Below, one piece after another: positions 38,542-48,354 of a stretch of DNA of 53,986 nucleotides. Each line of letters starts with the position of its first letter. Positions within the stretch are counted from its first letter, which is position 1. A program made the position numbers and the translations under genes. Where the stretch lies: assembly GCA_043812495.1 (NCBI GenBank), contig JBDRMG010000066.1:1-53986 (forward strand). Direction: 5' to 3'. The notes beneath the pieces are model-generated. The model was given only the letters and a program-made list of their open reading frames with translations, was not told the origin of the DNA and searched no databases. This DNA is from Candidatus Omnitrophota bacterium. GTDB taxonomy: Bacteria > Omnitrophota > Gorgyraeia > Zapsychrales > JBDRMG01.

Positions 38542-38610
38542 CAGATTTTCTATGGAGAATTTGATGGCAGGAGGAAGAAAAGAGTTTTGGTAAAAATAAT
38601 CGGAGAATAG
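38542..38610 (+). pseudogene. Recoded duplicate of the last 69 nt of yjbQ paralog 2
   Basis: Encodes an identical [22 protein letters not shown]; 7 differences from 38407-38475, all synonymous. Confidence 0.9.
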
Positions 38611-38614
38611 TTCT

Positions 38615-38711
38615 GCCCTGCTTCGTCCGCCACTAATTTAATGGCGGACTTCGCAGGGTCAATTCGCCCCGCTGCCCCGCATTTTGCGGGGCAAGAAGCG
38701 GGGCTCATGGA
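38615..38711 (+). repeat. Double-hairpin element, THAAT family, copy D
   Basis: gccctgc..gcaggg, then tcaat-tc-gccccgct..agcggggc-tc-atgga (one basal mismatch). Confidence 0.75.
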
Positions 38712-38767
38712 GAATCAATTATTTTCATTGAAAGAAAACCCGAAGACAGATAAGATTATATAACCAT

Positions 38768-39670
38768 ATGAGTTTAGTTGCCTTAGGAACCATAGCCTTA
38801 GACGATATTAAAACGCCCAGCGGAATTAAGCGGGATATGCTTGGCGGATCAGCCGCGCATTTTGCCATGGCGGCCCGTTTATTTACCAAGGTGCATCTGG
38901 TGGGCGTGGTCGGTGAGGATTTTCCCAAAAAACACATTCATTTCCTTAGAAAAAAGAAGATTGATCTGACAAGCGTTTGCCAGACTTGCGGCAAGACCTT
39001 TCACTGGAAGGGCGAATATAAAAAACATGATTTGAACGTAGCGTTGACCCTGGCGACCGAATTAGGTGTCCTGGCTAATTTTAAACCTCATGTATCGAAA
39101 GGTCAACACGATATTCCGTATATCTTTCTCGCTAATATCGATCCGGACATGCAGATGGAATTACTTGAAAAAATGCGCAAACCCCAGCTGGTGGGTTTGG
39201 ACAGCATGAATCTATGGATCAAGATCAAAAAGAAATCATTGGTCAAGCTGATGAAGAGAGTTGATTTATTTGTCGCCAACGACGCAGAAGCCAGACAATT
39301 AACAGGCGAGCATAATTTGATTAAAGCCACCAAGCGCCTTCGCACAATGGGCCCTCAATGGATTGTCATCAAAAAGGGCGAGCATGGGCTTCTTTTTTTC
39401 TGCGATCGGTTTCTGTTTTCTTTTCCGGCTTATCCTCTCGAGCATGTGGTTGATCCGACGGGAGCCGGAGATACCTTTGCCGGCGGGCTAATGGGCTATT
39501 TAAGCAAAATCGGGCGCACAACACCCCAAGACCTCAAAAAAGCCCTGTTGTACGCCACAACCATGGCCTCTTTTAATGTGCAAGGCTTCGGTCTGACCAA
39601 AACAGCGCAATTGACCTTGCCCAGGGTCAATCAAAGAATGAAAAAGCTTATTCAGTTTATTTCTGTTTAA
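38768..39670 (+). CDS. PfkB family carbohydrate kinase
   Basis: GGSAAH, VGVVGEDF, IKKGEHG, DPTGAGDTFAGG. Confidence 0.92.
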   Translation: MSLVALGTIALDDIKTPSGIKRDMLGGSAAHFAMAARLFTKVHLVGVVGEDFPKKHIHFLRKKKIDLTSVCQTCGKTFHWKGEYKKHDLNVALTLATELGVLANFKPHVSKGQHDIPYIFLANIDPDMQMELLEKMRKPQLVGLDSMNLWIKIKKKSLVKLMKRVDLFVANDAEARQLTGEHNLIKATKRLRTMGPQWIVIKKGEHGLLFFCDRFLFSFPAYPLEHVVDPTGAGDTFAGGLMGYLSKIGRTTPQDLKKALLYATTMASFNVQGFGLTKTAQLTLPRVNQRMKKLIQFISV

Positions 39671-39715
39671 GGAATCAAGAATGAACTATAAATGGAATTT
39701 ACCTATTTTCCTGAG

Positions 39716-39886
39716 TAAACGCAGATACTCGCAAATTGCCCGTCTCGCTGAAGGCTCGCCGAGGCGGACATGCAGATGGTCGCAGATATTATGATCAATC
39801 TGAGAAATCTAATCTGCGTGAATCCGCCCGCCTCGGCCGTTGGCCTCATCGAGGCCGGGCGTTTTATCTGCGTCAATCTGCGTTTA
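39716..39886. repeat. Inverted arrays of cgcagat/atctgcg repeats with nested GC-rich hairpins
   Basis: taaacgcagat (39716) and atctgcgttta (39876-39886) are exact inverted termini. Confidence 0.75.
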
Positions 39887-39974
39887 TTCCATAATTCTGT
39901 TATAATAAACATTCTATTATTTATTTGCTTCTAATTAATTTTAACAAATATTATTAAATTATAAGTAAATCTCT

Positions 39975-40976
39975 ATGAATCATAGCGATTTCAAAAATAA
40001 CATGAAGGCCACAGCGCGGCTGATCAAAAAAAGCAAAAAGATCATCATCGCCTGCCATATGAATCCCGATGGAGATGCACTGGGCTCCATGATCGGATTG
40101 TATTATGGCCTGATGAAGATGGGCAAGGATGTTGTGATGCTTTGTCCTGATAAAGTGCCCTATCGTTATATTGATCTCTCGGGCGCGCGGCGTATTAAGC
40201 AAAGATACACAAAAGAAGCCGATTGTGCCATCAGCGTGGATTGCGGAGCGATGGTTCAGCTGGCGCGTCTGCAGGAGGCCTTTAGAAAATCCAAACGCAT
40301 CGTGGAGATCGATCACCACACTTACCGTACGCGCTTTGGTGATATTCAGTTGATTGACCGGGGATCCTGCTCGGTGGGAGAGATTGTCTATCAGCTTTTG
40401 AAAATGATGAGAATACGCCTGGATAAGAGAATGGCTGAATGTTTTCTGACGTCCATGCTCGTTGAGACATCGTCTTTTAGCCGGCCGGAAGTGAGAAACT
40501 CCACCTTTGATATCTGTTCGGAACTCATGAAAACCGGTATTAACTTCAATAAGATTTCGGACCGATTCTACTGGCTCAAAAAACTTTCGGTCCTACATCT
40601 GTGCGGTCTGTGTTTTGTGCGCATCAAGATGAGGGCCAACGGGAAGCTGGCTTGGTCCATTCTCTACCAGAAAGATTATGATAAATTCAACGGAAGCAAA
40701 GAGGATGTCGATGCCGTGCCGGATGAAATGATGGCGATTGACGGCGTCAAGGTGACCTTGCTTTTTCGGGAAATCGAGGACAATATGCTGCGCGTGAGCT
40801 TGCGTTCCAAAGGTAAGATTGATATCGGGTACTTAGCCAGCATCTACGGCGGCGGTGGGCATCACGATGTGGCCGGGTGCCGCATTCACAATAATAAACG
40901 GACCATCGAGAAGTTTATTGAGCAGGCGTGTCTGCTGATTGACCGTAAGAGACAGAAAATTTTAACCTTGTCGTAA
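39975..40976 (+). CDS. nrnA: DHH/DHHA1 phosphoesterase (nanoRNase/pAp phosphatase)
   Basis: HMNPDGDALGS, VDC, IDHH, VSLRS, GGGGHHDVAG. Confidence 0.88.
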   Translation: MNHSDFKNNMKATARLIKKSKKIIIACHMNPDGDALGSMIGLYYGLMKMGKDVVMLCPDKVPYRYIDLSGARRIKQRYTKEADCAISVDCGAMVQLARLQEAFRKSKRIVEIDHHTYRTRFGDIQLIDRGSCSVGEIVYQLLKMMRIRLDKRMAECFLTSMLVETSSFSRPEVRNSTFDICSELMKTGINFNKISDRFYWLKKLSVLHLCGLCFVRIKMRANGKLAWSILYQKDYDKFNGSKEDVDAVPDEMMAIDGVKVTLLFREIEDNMLRVSLRSKGKIDIGYLASIYGGGGHHDVAGCRIHNNKRTIEKFIEQACLLIDRKRQKILTLS

Positions 40977-41088
40977 ATTTATCCAAAAATTTCCTAAAAT
41001 TTAATCTTATTATCTTTTTGAGCCGGTTGATAATCAAAAATTTACGGAAGATCAAACTGTAATTAAGAGAAATGATTTTAACGTGGAT

Positions 41089-41197
41089 TTATTGGTCTTT
41101 TCCTTATTAATGGAACAGTCAATAATATTCTCTCTATACGAGAAAGAAGACCTAATATTGACTTCCACCGTTCCTTTAATAAAGAGAAAGTCAATAA
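41089..41197. repeat. 109-bp AT-rich imperfect hairpin, copy 1
   Basis: Identical to 48090-48198 except one base (41168 c / 48169 t); ends ttattg/caataa, inner agtcaata/tattgact. Confidence 0.9.
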
Positions 41198-41211
41198 GCA
41201 GATATTTGCTA

Positions 41212-41348
41212 AGGATATCAGGGAATCGGGTGATCAGGGACTTGGTTATTGGGAAACAAGGAGATCAGGAACATGTCCATTCTAAGGTCCCCAATATCCA
41301 AATACCCAAATTCCCTAGTCCCGAATCTCCAAATTACCTAATGACCTG
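41212..41348. repeat. Inverted arrays of degenerate 8-mers (ggNNatca versus cc.aat), no cargo gene
   Basis: ggatatca gggaatcg ggtgatca... on the left and cccaatat ccaaatac ccaaattc... on the right. Confidence 0.6.
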
Positions 41349-41421
41349 CATTGATGTTTATTTGCGACCATCTGCGTTTATTCGAGAAATTTAATAAACT
41401 CTACTTTAATCATTTTCAACC

Positions 41422-42342
41422 ATGAATCAAAAAGAAAAACAAGATTTCCGCTGCGGTTTTGTCGCGATTGTCGGGCGGCCCAATGTGGGCAAATCAACGC
41501 TACTCAATAATATCGTAGGACAAAAAGTCGCTATCGTCTCGAAAGTTCCGCAGACCACGCGCCATCAGATCCGCGGAATTTATAATAGCGACCGCGGTCA
41601 AATCATCTTTCTGGATACGCCAGGCATTCATCTTGAAAAAGATAACCTCGATCGCTTTATGAACACCACGTCCTTGGAAACCTTAGAGGGCGCCGATTGT
41701 ATTATTCATTTGGCGGATATTATGCGCTGCGTCGGACAGGAAGAAGAGATGGTCCTCCGGAATCTTGAAAACGCCAAGGTCCCCGTTATTCTTGGCTTAA
41801 ACAAATCGGATTTGAAAGGTAAGTACGCCCATGAGTATATTTCCCTGTGGCAAAAGATTAAAGGAGAGACCTTAAGCGAAAAGGGCGATTTTGTGCTTTT
41901 GCCTTTGAGCGCGAAAGAAGGAATGAATATTGATAAATTAATCGATATCCTCTTCGGATTTTTGCCCGCAGGGCCGGCTCTTTATCCGACCGACACGGTA
42001 TCGGATGTACCCCAGAAGCTGGCCATAGCCGATATCGTGCGCGAAAAGTTATTTTTTCTTTTGCGCGAAGAAGTTCCGCATTCCGTGGCTGTTGTGGTTG
42101 AGGAGATGATCCAAAGAAAAAAGAAACTTTTGTACATCCGTATCCAAATATTAGTGGAGCGTGACTCTCAGAAAGAAATCGTGATCGGCCAAAATGGGCA
42201 GGTCCTTAAAAAAGCGGGAAGTCTCGCGCGCAAAGAGCTTGAACGGTTACTGCAAAGTAAGATCTATCTGGACCTTCATGTCAAGGCCAAGAAAAAATGG
42301 CGGGATGATATGTCTTTCTTAGGAGAAATGGGGTGTGCCTGA
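41422..42342 (+). CDS. era: GTPase Era
   Basis: GFVAIVGRPNVGKSTL, PQTTR, DTPG, NKSD, EEVPHS, VERDSQK.IVIG. Confidence 0.96.
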   Translation: MNQKEKQDFRCGFVAIVGRPNVGKSTLLNNIVGQKVAIVSKVPQTTRHQIRGIYNSDRGQIIFLDTPGIHLEKDNLDRFMNTTSLETLEGADCIIHLADIMRCVGQEEEMVLRNLENAKVPVILGLNKSDLKGKYAHEYISLWQKIKGETLSEKGDFVLLPLSAKEGMNIDKLIDILFGFLPAGPALYPTDTVSDVPQKLAIADIVREKLFFLLREEVPHSVAVVVEEMIQRKKKLLYIRIQILVERDSQKEIVIGQNGQVLKKAGSLARKELERLLQSKIYLDLHVKAKKKWRDDMSFLGEMGCA

Positions 42343-42369
42343 GGGACAGTTGCACATATTTCAAGAAGC

Positions 42370-42400
42370 AAAAAACGGGGAATCATTTCCCCGTTTTTTT
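42370..42400. terminator. Bidirectional intrinsic terminator between convergent era and cassette 1
   Basis: aaaaaacggggaa-tcat-ttccccgttttttt. Confidence 0.8.
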
Positions 42401-42446
42401 ATAAATAGAATCACTTATCTTCTTTAAGCAGGCATTAGCGAATTTC

Positions 42447-45400
42447 TTATATTAAAGGGCAATCTTCAGGACAATTCGTATAATTTTCTCCCCATTTAGG
42501 TTCGCAGATTCCGTTCGGATTGGGACATGTCGGGCAAGAACCGCAATCGCCCGGACAAGTACTGCATGTTTCGCCGTAATCACAAACGTGATTACCGCAG
42601 CACAATCCGCAATCACCCGAACACGTGCTGCAGTTTTCAGATCCGTTACACTGTCCATCTCCGCAATAAGGACACACACCGCAATCCGCAGAACAATTAC
42701 TGCAGGTATCCAAACCATTACAAGTACCGTCGCCGCACACAGGGGGACAATCCAAAGTGCATGTATAGGTTTCTGATTCATCGCATTGGCCGTCACCGCA
42801 CACAATAGGGCATTGACCGCAATCAATTTCACATGTGCCGCAGGACTCAAAAGACTCCTGGCAGATATTGTCACCGCAGAACTGCTCAGGATGATGAACC
42901 CAGTTATTGCGTACAAGCGCGTATTCTTTCGTAAAGCCATCAGAAAGTCCGTAAAAATGTCCGGGCGGCTGTAAATTAGGATTATTCAGGTAATCCGCAT
43001 CATAGACATGAACAGGCTGGTCATACAAAGCCAGCAATTCTTTTGGCGTGCCGGGGTTGGCGTAAGAAAATCCAGTTTCTCGGCAACCCATGGGATCGTT
43101 TAGCCAAGGACTCGGGTCATCCGTAGTATCAACAAAACGTATTTTCACATCTTCGTTATACTGCGCTTGATCGCAGGCACGGGTATTCATGGTTTTTGCA
43201 ACCGGACCCACGGAAGGAAACTCATTGGATAATTGGATAAGGGAGCCGGTGACGACCGCTTCATATTCTACCCAACTATTCTGAGCGGGCGGGCTGGATT
43301 GATCTCCGGGATTCGCAAAGTATTTCCATAGCTCCAAATGATCCAGCTCATCGACGGAAACATAGTTCCCGACTAAAGATATATTATACTGAATCTCATT
43401 TTTGCCGTCTCCATCGGTATCTGATCCGCCTGTAACCGGATGGGCCATTTTCAATTCTGGTTCTTGAGGGCCATCCCACTTGTAATACCAGTACCAATTC
43501 TTACCGTTGACTATATCGTAATTCTTGTCGAGCCCGCGTCCTTCCGGCAAGCCGTCCCATTCCGGGTTCCAAACCGATGTAAATTCATCTTCTCCATAAG
43601 GGTACGAATAATGAAATTGCGGCATCGGGAGATGTTCGGGGAAATCATAATTTTCCGAGAGAAGGTTAATGCGGTTAGATACAAAAGCAGCAGAAGGCTG
43701 TTTGTTATCCGGGGCCGTGTTGTACTTGCCTATCATCGAGAAATCGCCTTGCACATAATACGTAAGTCCGTTCTCCGGCAGACTCTCCGCATTTATAACA
43801 GCCAGGCCAACAGGATACAGTTGAGGTCCGTCAGCCTGATAATCCCAGGCTGCATTCCACTCGTACCCTTTATTGCTCATAACAATCGTGCCGTCCAAGG
43901 GGAGGTAATTTTTTTCCGGGTTTTGGATCTGACATTCTTCCAACCCTTGAATATTTACAACAATTGCTCGATTAATGAGTCCGGTCTTATGATTCATAAA
44001 TCTTTTGAGTTGAACCAAGGGCTCGCTGGTGCAACCTTCATCATCCCATGTATAATTGTTTTCAGAATTCAGAAGAATAATGGTAGGTTCGTTTTGAGCA
44101 TTTATGGAAAAATGTACATCATCTGTATCCTTGTCAGGATAAAAAATCATGCTTCCTCCGGAAACCTGAGCCTCGGACATCATTTGTTCAACAGGAACCG
44201 TAGGCAAGGTGACTTGGCTGACTTCAGAGGATTGGTCAAGAAGGACATCATCCAATCCTACGCTTTCCAGGAAGCTTTGCCATGCATTCTGTTGTGAGTC
44301 GGCAAAAAGAACATTGATCTGGTCTGAGCGGTTAAAATAAGCGTTTACCGGATAAGTATCGGCATCCGGCAAAATCGAAGGAATATAATAACCGCTGGCC
44401 TCACCGGCTTTTTGGATATAGACATTGTCTTGGTAGTAATTTGCATTATTAGCCACGGGATCGGTCATCGCGCAGTTCACGTCCGGGTTACAATTATAGT
44501 TCTGCTCAAGATAGACATATTGTTTTGGATTGTCCTGGTCGGTCCACCAGTTGACCCCATGGGCGCCATCAAGTCCATAACCCGATAAGTAAATATTAAG
44601 GGAAGTTGTGTCTCCCCAAGGCAATATCGGGTTTTGGTTCGCATCACTTTGATTCCACGGAACGACGGATGTGCAGCCGGCATCTTTACAAGCCAGAAGG
44701 CCATAGCGCATACCGGCGATATGGCCGTGATTATGATTCAGATTATTATACAGCGCACCAAAAGGAGTGGTGTTCTCATTGGCAGAAACGAAAGGAGAGA
44801 TCTTTGTTTTGGCCCAGTCTTGGACCGCATCGTCAGGGTATAAAAGCGGATTAAAGGCCCAGTGAAAATTACCGGCCGTTGAAATTTCCGTCGCGTTAAG
44901 GATTTTTGTGCCGGCATTAAAGAAAATATCCCCGTTGGAATGGATTTTGCCCTGCTGGGCATCAATGGACTGCCAGCCGATGGAGACATTACCGGAATAA
45001 AAATTTGCGTAATCATAGAGCGAGATGCCGTTGATTTTATGCAAAAAAAGCCGTTCGTGCCCTTTATTCGCGCCCTTGACAAGAACATAATAATCACTGT
45101 CCATCCGGTAGATTTTCACCTCAAGAAGAGGATCGCCGTCGTTATCCTTCACGACATAGATTTTACTTCCGTCGCCAAACGACTCGTCATTATCGATAAT
45201 AATTTCGGCATCTGAGGCTAACAAGCTAGGGATAGGTCCCTGGTTGGCTTCTTCCCGGTCAATCAGTTCATTCAGATCATCGGGAACATGGGTAAAAAAA
45301 GGAGATTCGCCGATGCTATGGCCCATAATTTCTGCGAAGGCATAGGACGCGCCTTTGTCGGCATTGTATTTGGCCTGAAGATAATCGTAGAGGATTTGAA

Positions 45401-45533
45401 TCTGGTGGCTGTTATTGATAGATTGCATGAAAATAATAGCGCTGTAAGCCACCAGAAGAATCAGGGCATAAAAGACCACCAGGCCCCAGAGAAATTGCCC
45501 TTTTTTGGATAACACCAGTTTCTTAAACTCCAT
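42447..45533 (-). CDS. Large PilX-like (pilin-type N-terminus) extracellular protein with C-terminal CG[DN]xxC Cys-rich repeats, cassette 1
   Basis: KKG followed by a hydrophobic helix, QAKYNADKGA..A..EI, G.IHSNG.I.F; about six CG[DN]..C...E.C..C..DC repeats. Confidence 0.7.
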   Translation of the reverse strand: MEFKKLVLSKKGQFLWGLVVFYALILLVAYSAIIFMQSINNSHQIQILYDYLQAKYNADKGASYAFAEIMGHSIGESPFFTHVPDDLNELIDREEANQGPIPSLLASDAEIIIDNDESFGDGSKIYVVKDNDGDPLLEVKIYRMDSDYYVLVKGANKGHERLFLHKINGISLYDYANFYSGNVSIGWQSIDAQQGKIHSNGDIFFNAGTKILNATEISTAGNFHWAFNPLLYPDDAVQDWAKTKISPFVSANENTTPFGALYNNLNHNHGHIAGMRYGLLACKDAGCTSVVPWNQSDANQNPILPWGDTTSLNIYLSGYGLDGAHGVNWWTDQDNPKQYVYLEQNYNCNPDVNCAMTDPVANNANYYQDNVYIQKAGEASGYYIPSILPDADTYPVNAYFNRSDQINVLFADSQQNAWQSFLESVGLDDVLLDQSSEVSQVTLPTVPVEQMMSEAQVSGGSMIFYPDKDTDDVHFSINAQNEPTIILLNSENNYTWDDEGCTSEPLVQLKRFMNHKTGLINRAIVVNIQGLEECQIQNPEKNYLPLDGTIVMSNKGYEWNAAWDYQADGPQLYPVGLAVINAESLPENGLTYYVQGDFSMIGKYNTAPDNKQPSAAFVSNRINLLSENYDFPEHLPMPQFHYSYPYGEDEFTSVWNPEWDGLPEGRGLDKNYDIVNGKNWYWYYKWDGPQEPELKMAHPVTGGSDTDGDGKNEIQYNISLVGNYVSVDELDHLELWKYFANPGDQSSPPAQNSWVEYEAVVTGSLIQLSNEFPSVGPVAKTMNTRACDQAQYNEDVKIRFVDTTDDPSPWLNDPMGCRETGFSYANPGTPKELLALYDQPVHVYDADYLNNPNLQPPGHFYGLSDGFTKEYALVRNNWVHHPEQFCGDNICQESFESCGTCEIDCGQCPIVCGDGQCDESETYTCTLDCPPVCGDGTCNGLDTCSNCSADCGVCPYCGDGQCNGSENCSTCSGDCGLCCGNHVCDYGETCSTCPGDCGSCPTCPNPNGICEPKWGENYTNCPEDCPLI

Positions 45534-45568
45534 AGGTAAATCCTCGTCTTTTCTCGATATTATTTCAC

Positions 45569-46318
45569 TTACGATGCATCGTCGCTAGGTTCAAGGTCAG
45601 TGGCGGCTTCCATTTCTTCATTTGAACACCACCCGGGACAATCTTCAGGGCATGTACATTTCGTTTCGCCCTGCTCATCAAAATCATTGCAAACGTTATT
45701 ACCGCATAAAGGAAGACACGTCGGCCTTGGTCCGCTGGCGTACAAATAGTCGAGAAGATAATTAACATCTTCGATATCTACAGACCCGGACGCATCCACA
45801 TCGGCAACTTCGTAATACGTGGGCGCAGTTCCATCGGCAAATATGTATTGCAAAAGAAATGTGCAATCTGCCGTATCCACAAAAGTATCATTGTTGGCAT
45901 CACCGCAACCGGGGATAAGAGGGCAGTCTAGCAAACAATTGTCAAAGCTCTCCGTGATATCGCAATGACCATCCCCGCAGACAGGCAGGGTTTGCACATT
46001 CTTCGGATTCCTTAAATAAACCGTTGTCTCAAGAAAAGAGTCTGTAGTGGCGGGCAGATTCCCGGTATTATTGTTCTGGGTCGTCAACCTCATTCTTACT
46101 TTATTATTGTCTGAAAAGAATTCGGCATTCTGGATTCCATAAGCCAAGATTTGCTGATCGTATACAGCAAAATCATCGCTCAGTTGTTCTATGATTGGTT
46201 CTGATAAGGGAAGAAATTCGCTCCCTCCTTGCTGGGCATTAATATTATTAACTTTCCCGGTCAGAAATGCAACAAAGAATAAGCAACTGAAAAGAATAAT
46301 ATATTTTTCCTTACACAT
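45569..46318 (-). CDS. Exported protein with a PilW C-terminal-like segment, Cys-rich repeats and a type I dockerin, cassette 1
   Basis: Signal peptide; QILAYGIQNAEF...LETTVYLRN; duplicated Ca-binding loops GDANNDTFVDTADC and ADVDASGSVDIEDV; SD aggagg before ATG 46318. Confidence 0.7.
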   Translation of the reverse strand: MCKEKYIILFSCLFFVAFLTGKVNNINAQQGGSEFLPLSEPIIEQLSDDFAVYDQQILAYGIQNAEFFSDNNKVRMRLTTQNNNTGNLPATTDSFLETTVYLRNPKNVQTLPVCGDGHCDITESFDNCLLDCPLIPGCGDANNDTFVDTADCTFLLQYIFADGTAPTYYEVADVDASGSVDIEDVNYLLDYLYASGPRPTCLPLCGNNVCNDFDEQGETKCTCPEDCPGWCSNEEMEAATDLEPSDDAS

Positions 46319-46455
46319 GAAATCCTCCTTCACGACAAACACCTCTCATTATTTAGAATGCTTCTTAAGTGAAGCTCTACAGCCTAACGGCTGTAGCATC
46401 TTCTTTATAGCTCCGACGCTCCTTCGGAGGTCGGGGTAAAATGTTCATTCGATTG

Positions 46456-47364
46456 TTAGCTTCCACCGCCTGACGATTCGCCGCAAGAATGATCACAGGG
46501 GGATGTGCAATCTTGAGGGCAGGGGCTGCAGGCGCAGTCTTCATTGCAAATTTCGTCTCCGCAGCAAGGGCTGCAATCGTCACAGGAGCCGCAGATCTCG
46601 TTGCCGTTACAGGACCCGTCCCCGCAATACGCCAACTCTTCGCAAGGTCCGCAATCGCCCGTGCACGTCAAGCACGTTTCTCCAAAATTACAAACCCCAT
46701 CCCCGCAGCATGTGCCGCAGTCTTGAAGGCATGTCTGACAATTTTCACCCATAGCGGTGTCGCAAAGATTTCCGTCCGGATCGCTTCCTTGCGTGGCTCC
46801 GCAACAATCTCTCCCGCAAGGGGGGCAATCAAGCGTGCAATTGTTGCAATCTTCCCCCATGTCAGGGCCGCTGATGCCGTCTTCGCATGTTCCGTTGCCG
46901 CATGTATTCACGCTTTCGATGCTATCCGGGCAAACCGTTCGTCGAATAAGCTGATGATTTTCTGAATTCACCAGAAACTCATAATGGCACGCTTCATAGC
47001 CGGTGTCACCGACATAAGCGCCGTAGCGGATGTTTCCGCTCTCGGTATATTGATTTCCCTCTTCATCGACAATAGGGGATTTGAATGTAAGAACGGTTCC
47101 GTCACATTCATATAATATATTGCTATCAGTACTTCCGCACCATGTATACTTGGCGCCCCCTTTATACGTCAGTTCAATCTCCCGGACCATGCGTTCTGTG
47201 ACATTGACGAGTTGCGAATTTTTCTCAGCTCTTTTGCTTGAGATCAAAGACGCCACAATGCCTTTTTGGGCCACAACACCGATCGCTGTCCCGATGACGA
47301 CAACCAATCCTGCGACAATCAGCGTTTCGGCTAGGGTAAAAGATTTGTTTTTGAGAAGTTTCAT
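46456..47364 (-). CDS. Prepilin N-terminal methylation protein (PilW/PulJ-like N-half) with Cys-rich repeats, cassette 1
   Basis: KSF-TLAE-TLIV class III signal, ERMVREI, QLIRR, then about five CG[DN]G repeats; SD ggagg. Confidence 0.75.
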   Translation of the reverse strand: MKLLKNKSFTLAETLIVAGLVVVIGTAIGVVAQKGIVASLISSKRAEKNSQLVNVTERMVREIELTYKGGAKYTWCGSTDSNILYECDGTVLTFKSPIVDEEGNQYTESGNIRYGAYVGDTGYEACHYEFLVNSENHQLIRRTVCPDSIESVNTCGNGTCEDGISGPDMGEDCNNCTLDCPPCGRDCCGATQGSDPDGNLCDTAMGENCQTCLQDCGTCCGDGVCNFGETCLTCTGDCGPCEELAYCGDGSCNGNEICGSCDDCSPCCGDEICNEDCACSPCPQDCTSPCDHSCGESSGGGS

Positions 47365-47547
47365 TTGTATCCTCCCCGCCCTTTTGGCGGTTCATTAATC
47401 TATTTGAATTTTCCAAAATATTCATTGCCGATCCGCCTTCGTCAAACTCTTAACGTGTTTGACTTCGGCGGATTTGTTCGTCCGGATGACTTAGCTTCGC
47501 TTTGCCTGCCTTGCGGCAGGCCAAGCTCGCTAAGCCATGGACTCACA

Positions 47548-47580
47548 AAAAAATCTCATCCGGATATAAGGATGAGATTA
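47548..47580 (-). terminator. Leader terminator (probable riboswitch expression platform), cassette 1
   Basis: Minus strand aatctcatcc-ttatatcc-ggatgagatt-tttt. Confidence 0.65.
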
Positions 47581-47618
47581 AAGTAACACGTTTTATAAAA
47601 TAAAGCAAACGTCTTTAA

Positions 47619-47948
47619 TCTTTGTTGGCGGCCAGGCTGCCTCGGCCATTGATCATTGATCAATGCGCCGGGCCCTATAGCTTTGTGCTCTACTCCGCTC
47701 AAAAATCCTTCGACTAGCTCAGGACATCTTGAAGGACGCTGAGCAAAACCGAAGTACTTTCGCGTTTGAGCTTCCCTCGGGACCGAGTCTCCTTGAGGAA
47801 GGGTCCTCGGGACGAGGTCGTAGAGCCCTGCGTAGCTCACATACGAAAGTATTTGCCTCGCACCGAGTGCAATGTGATTTGTGCTCGGCACGAGGTGAGC
47901 GAAGCAGGGTCCCATCCTTACGAACGGTTTACCTTTTTCAACGAAAGA
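47619..47948 (-). ncRNA. c-di-GMP-I (GEMM-I) riboswitch aptamer interrupted by a 222-nt palindromic insert (47689-47910)
   Basis: Minus strand gttgaaaaaggtaaaccgttcgtaaggatggg[insert]gcacaaagctatagggccc...ggcagcctggccgccaac; colinear with 53111-53195. Confidence 0.8.
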
Positions 47949-48089
47949 TATACTGTTAGAAAAAGTATAACACATAAAAAGTTGAAGGCCAGAGCGAATC
48001 AAGGTTTCTGTTAGAAATAAGAAAACGTTTCCTTTGGATCATTTAAATGAATTATAACTTAAAAACTGTTTCTCACGACAAACTTTTTA

Positions 48090-48198
48090 TTATTGGTCTT
48101 TTCCTTATTAATGGAACAGTCAATAATATTCTCTCTATACGAGAAAGAAGACCTAATATTGACTTCCATCGTTCCTTTAATAAAGAGAAAGTCAATAA
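48090..48198. repeat. 109-bp AT-rich imperfect hairpin, copy 2
   Basis: Direct repeat of 41089-41197, offset 7001 bp. Confidence 0.9.
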
Positions 48199-48354
48199 AT
48201 TGCTCTGCCTGAATTGTCCTCATAATCTATGAAGATTCGAGTAGTTTTAGAGGCAGAAAGGAAAGAAAAAGAGATCCTTCGATGGAAAGTTTCTGAGTTT
48301 GGCAAGTGAAAAAAGACAGGATTTGACTAAAGATCTGTCCAAAAAAGAAAAATA

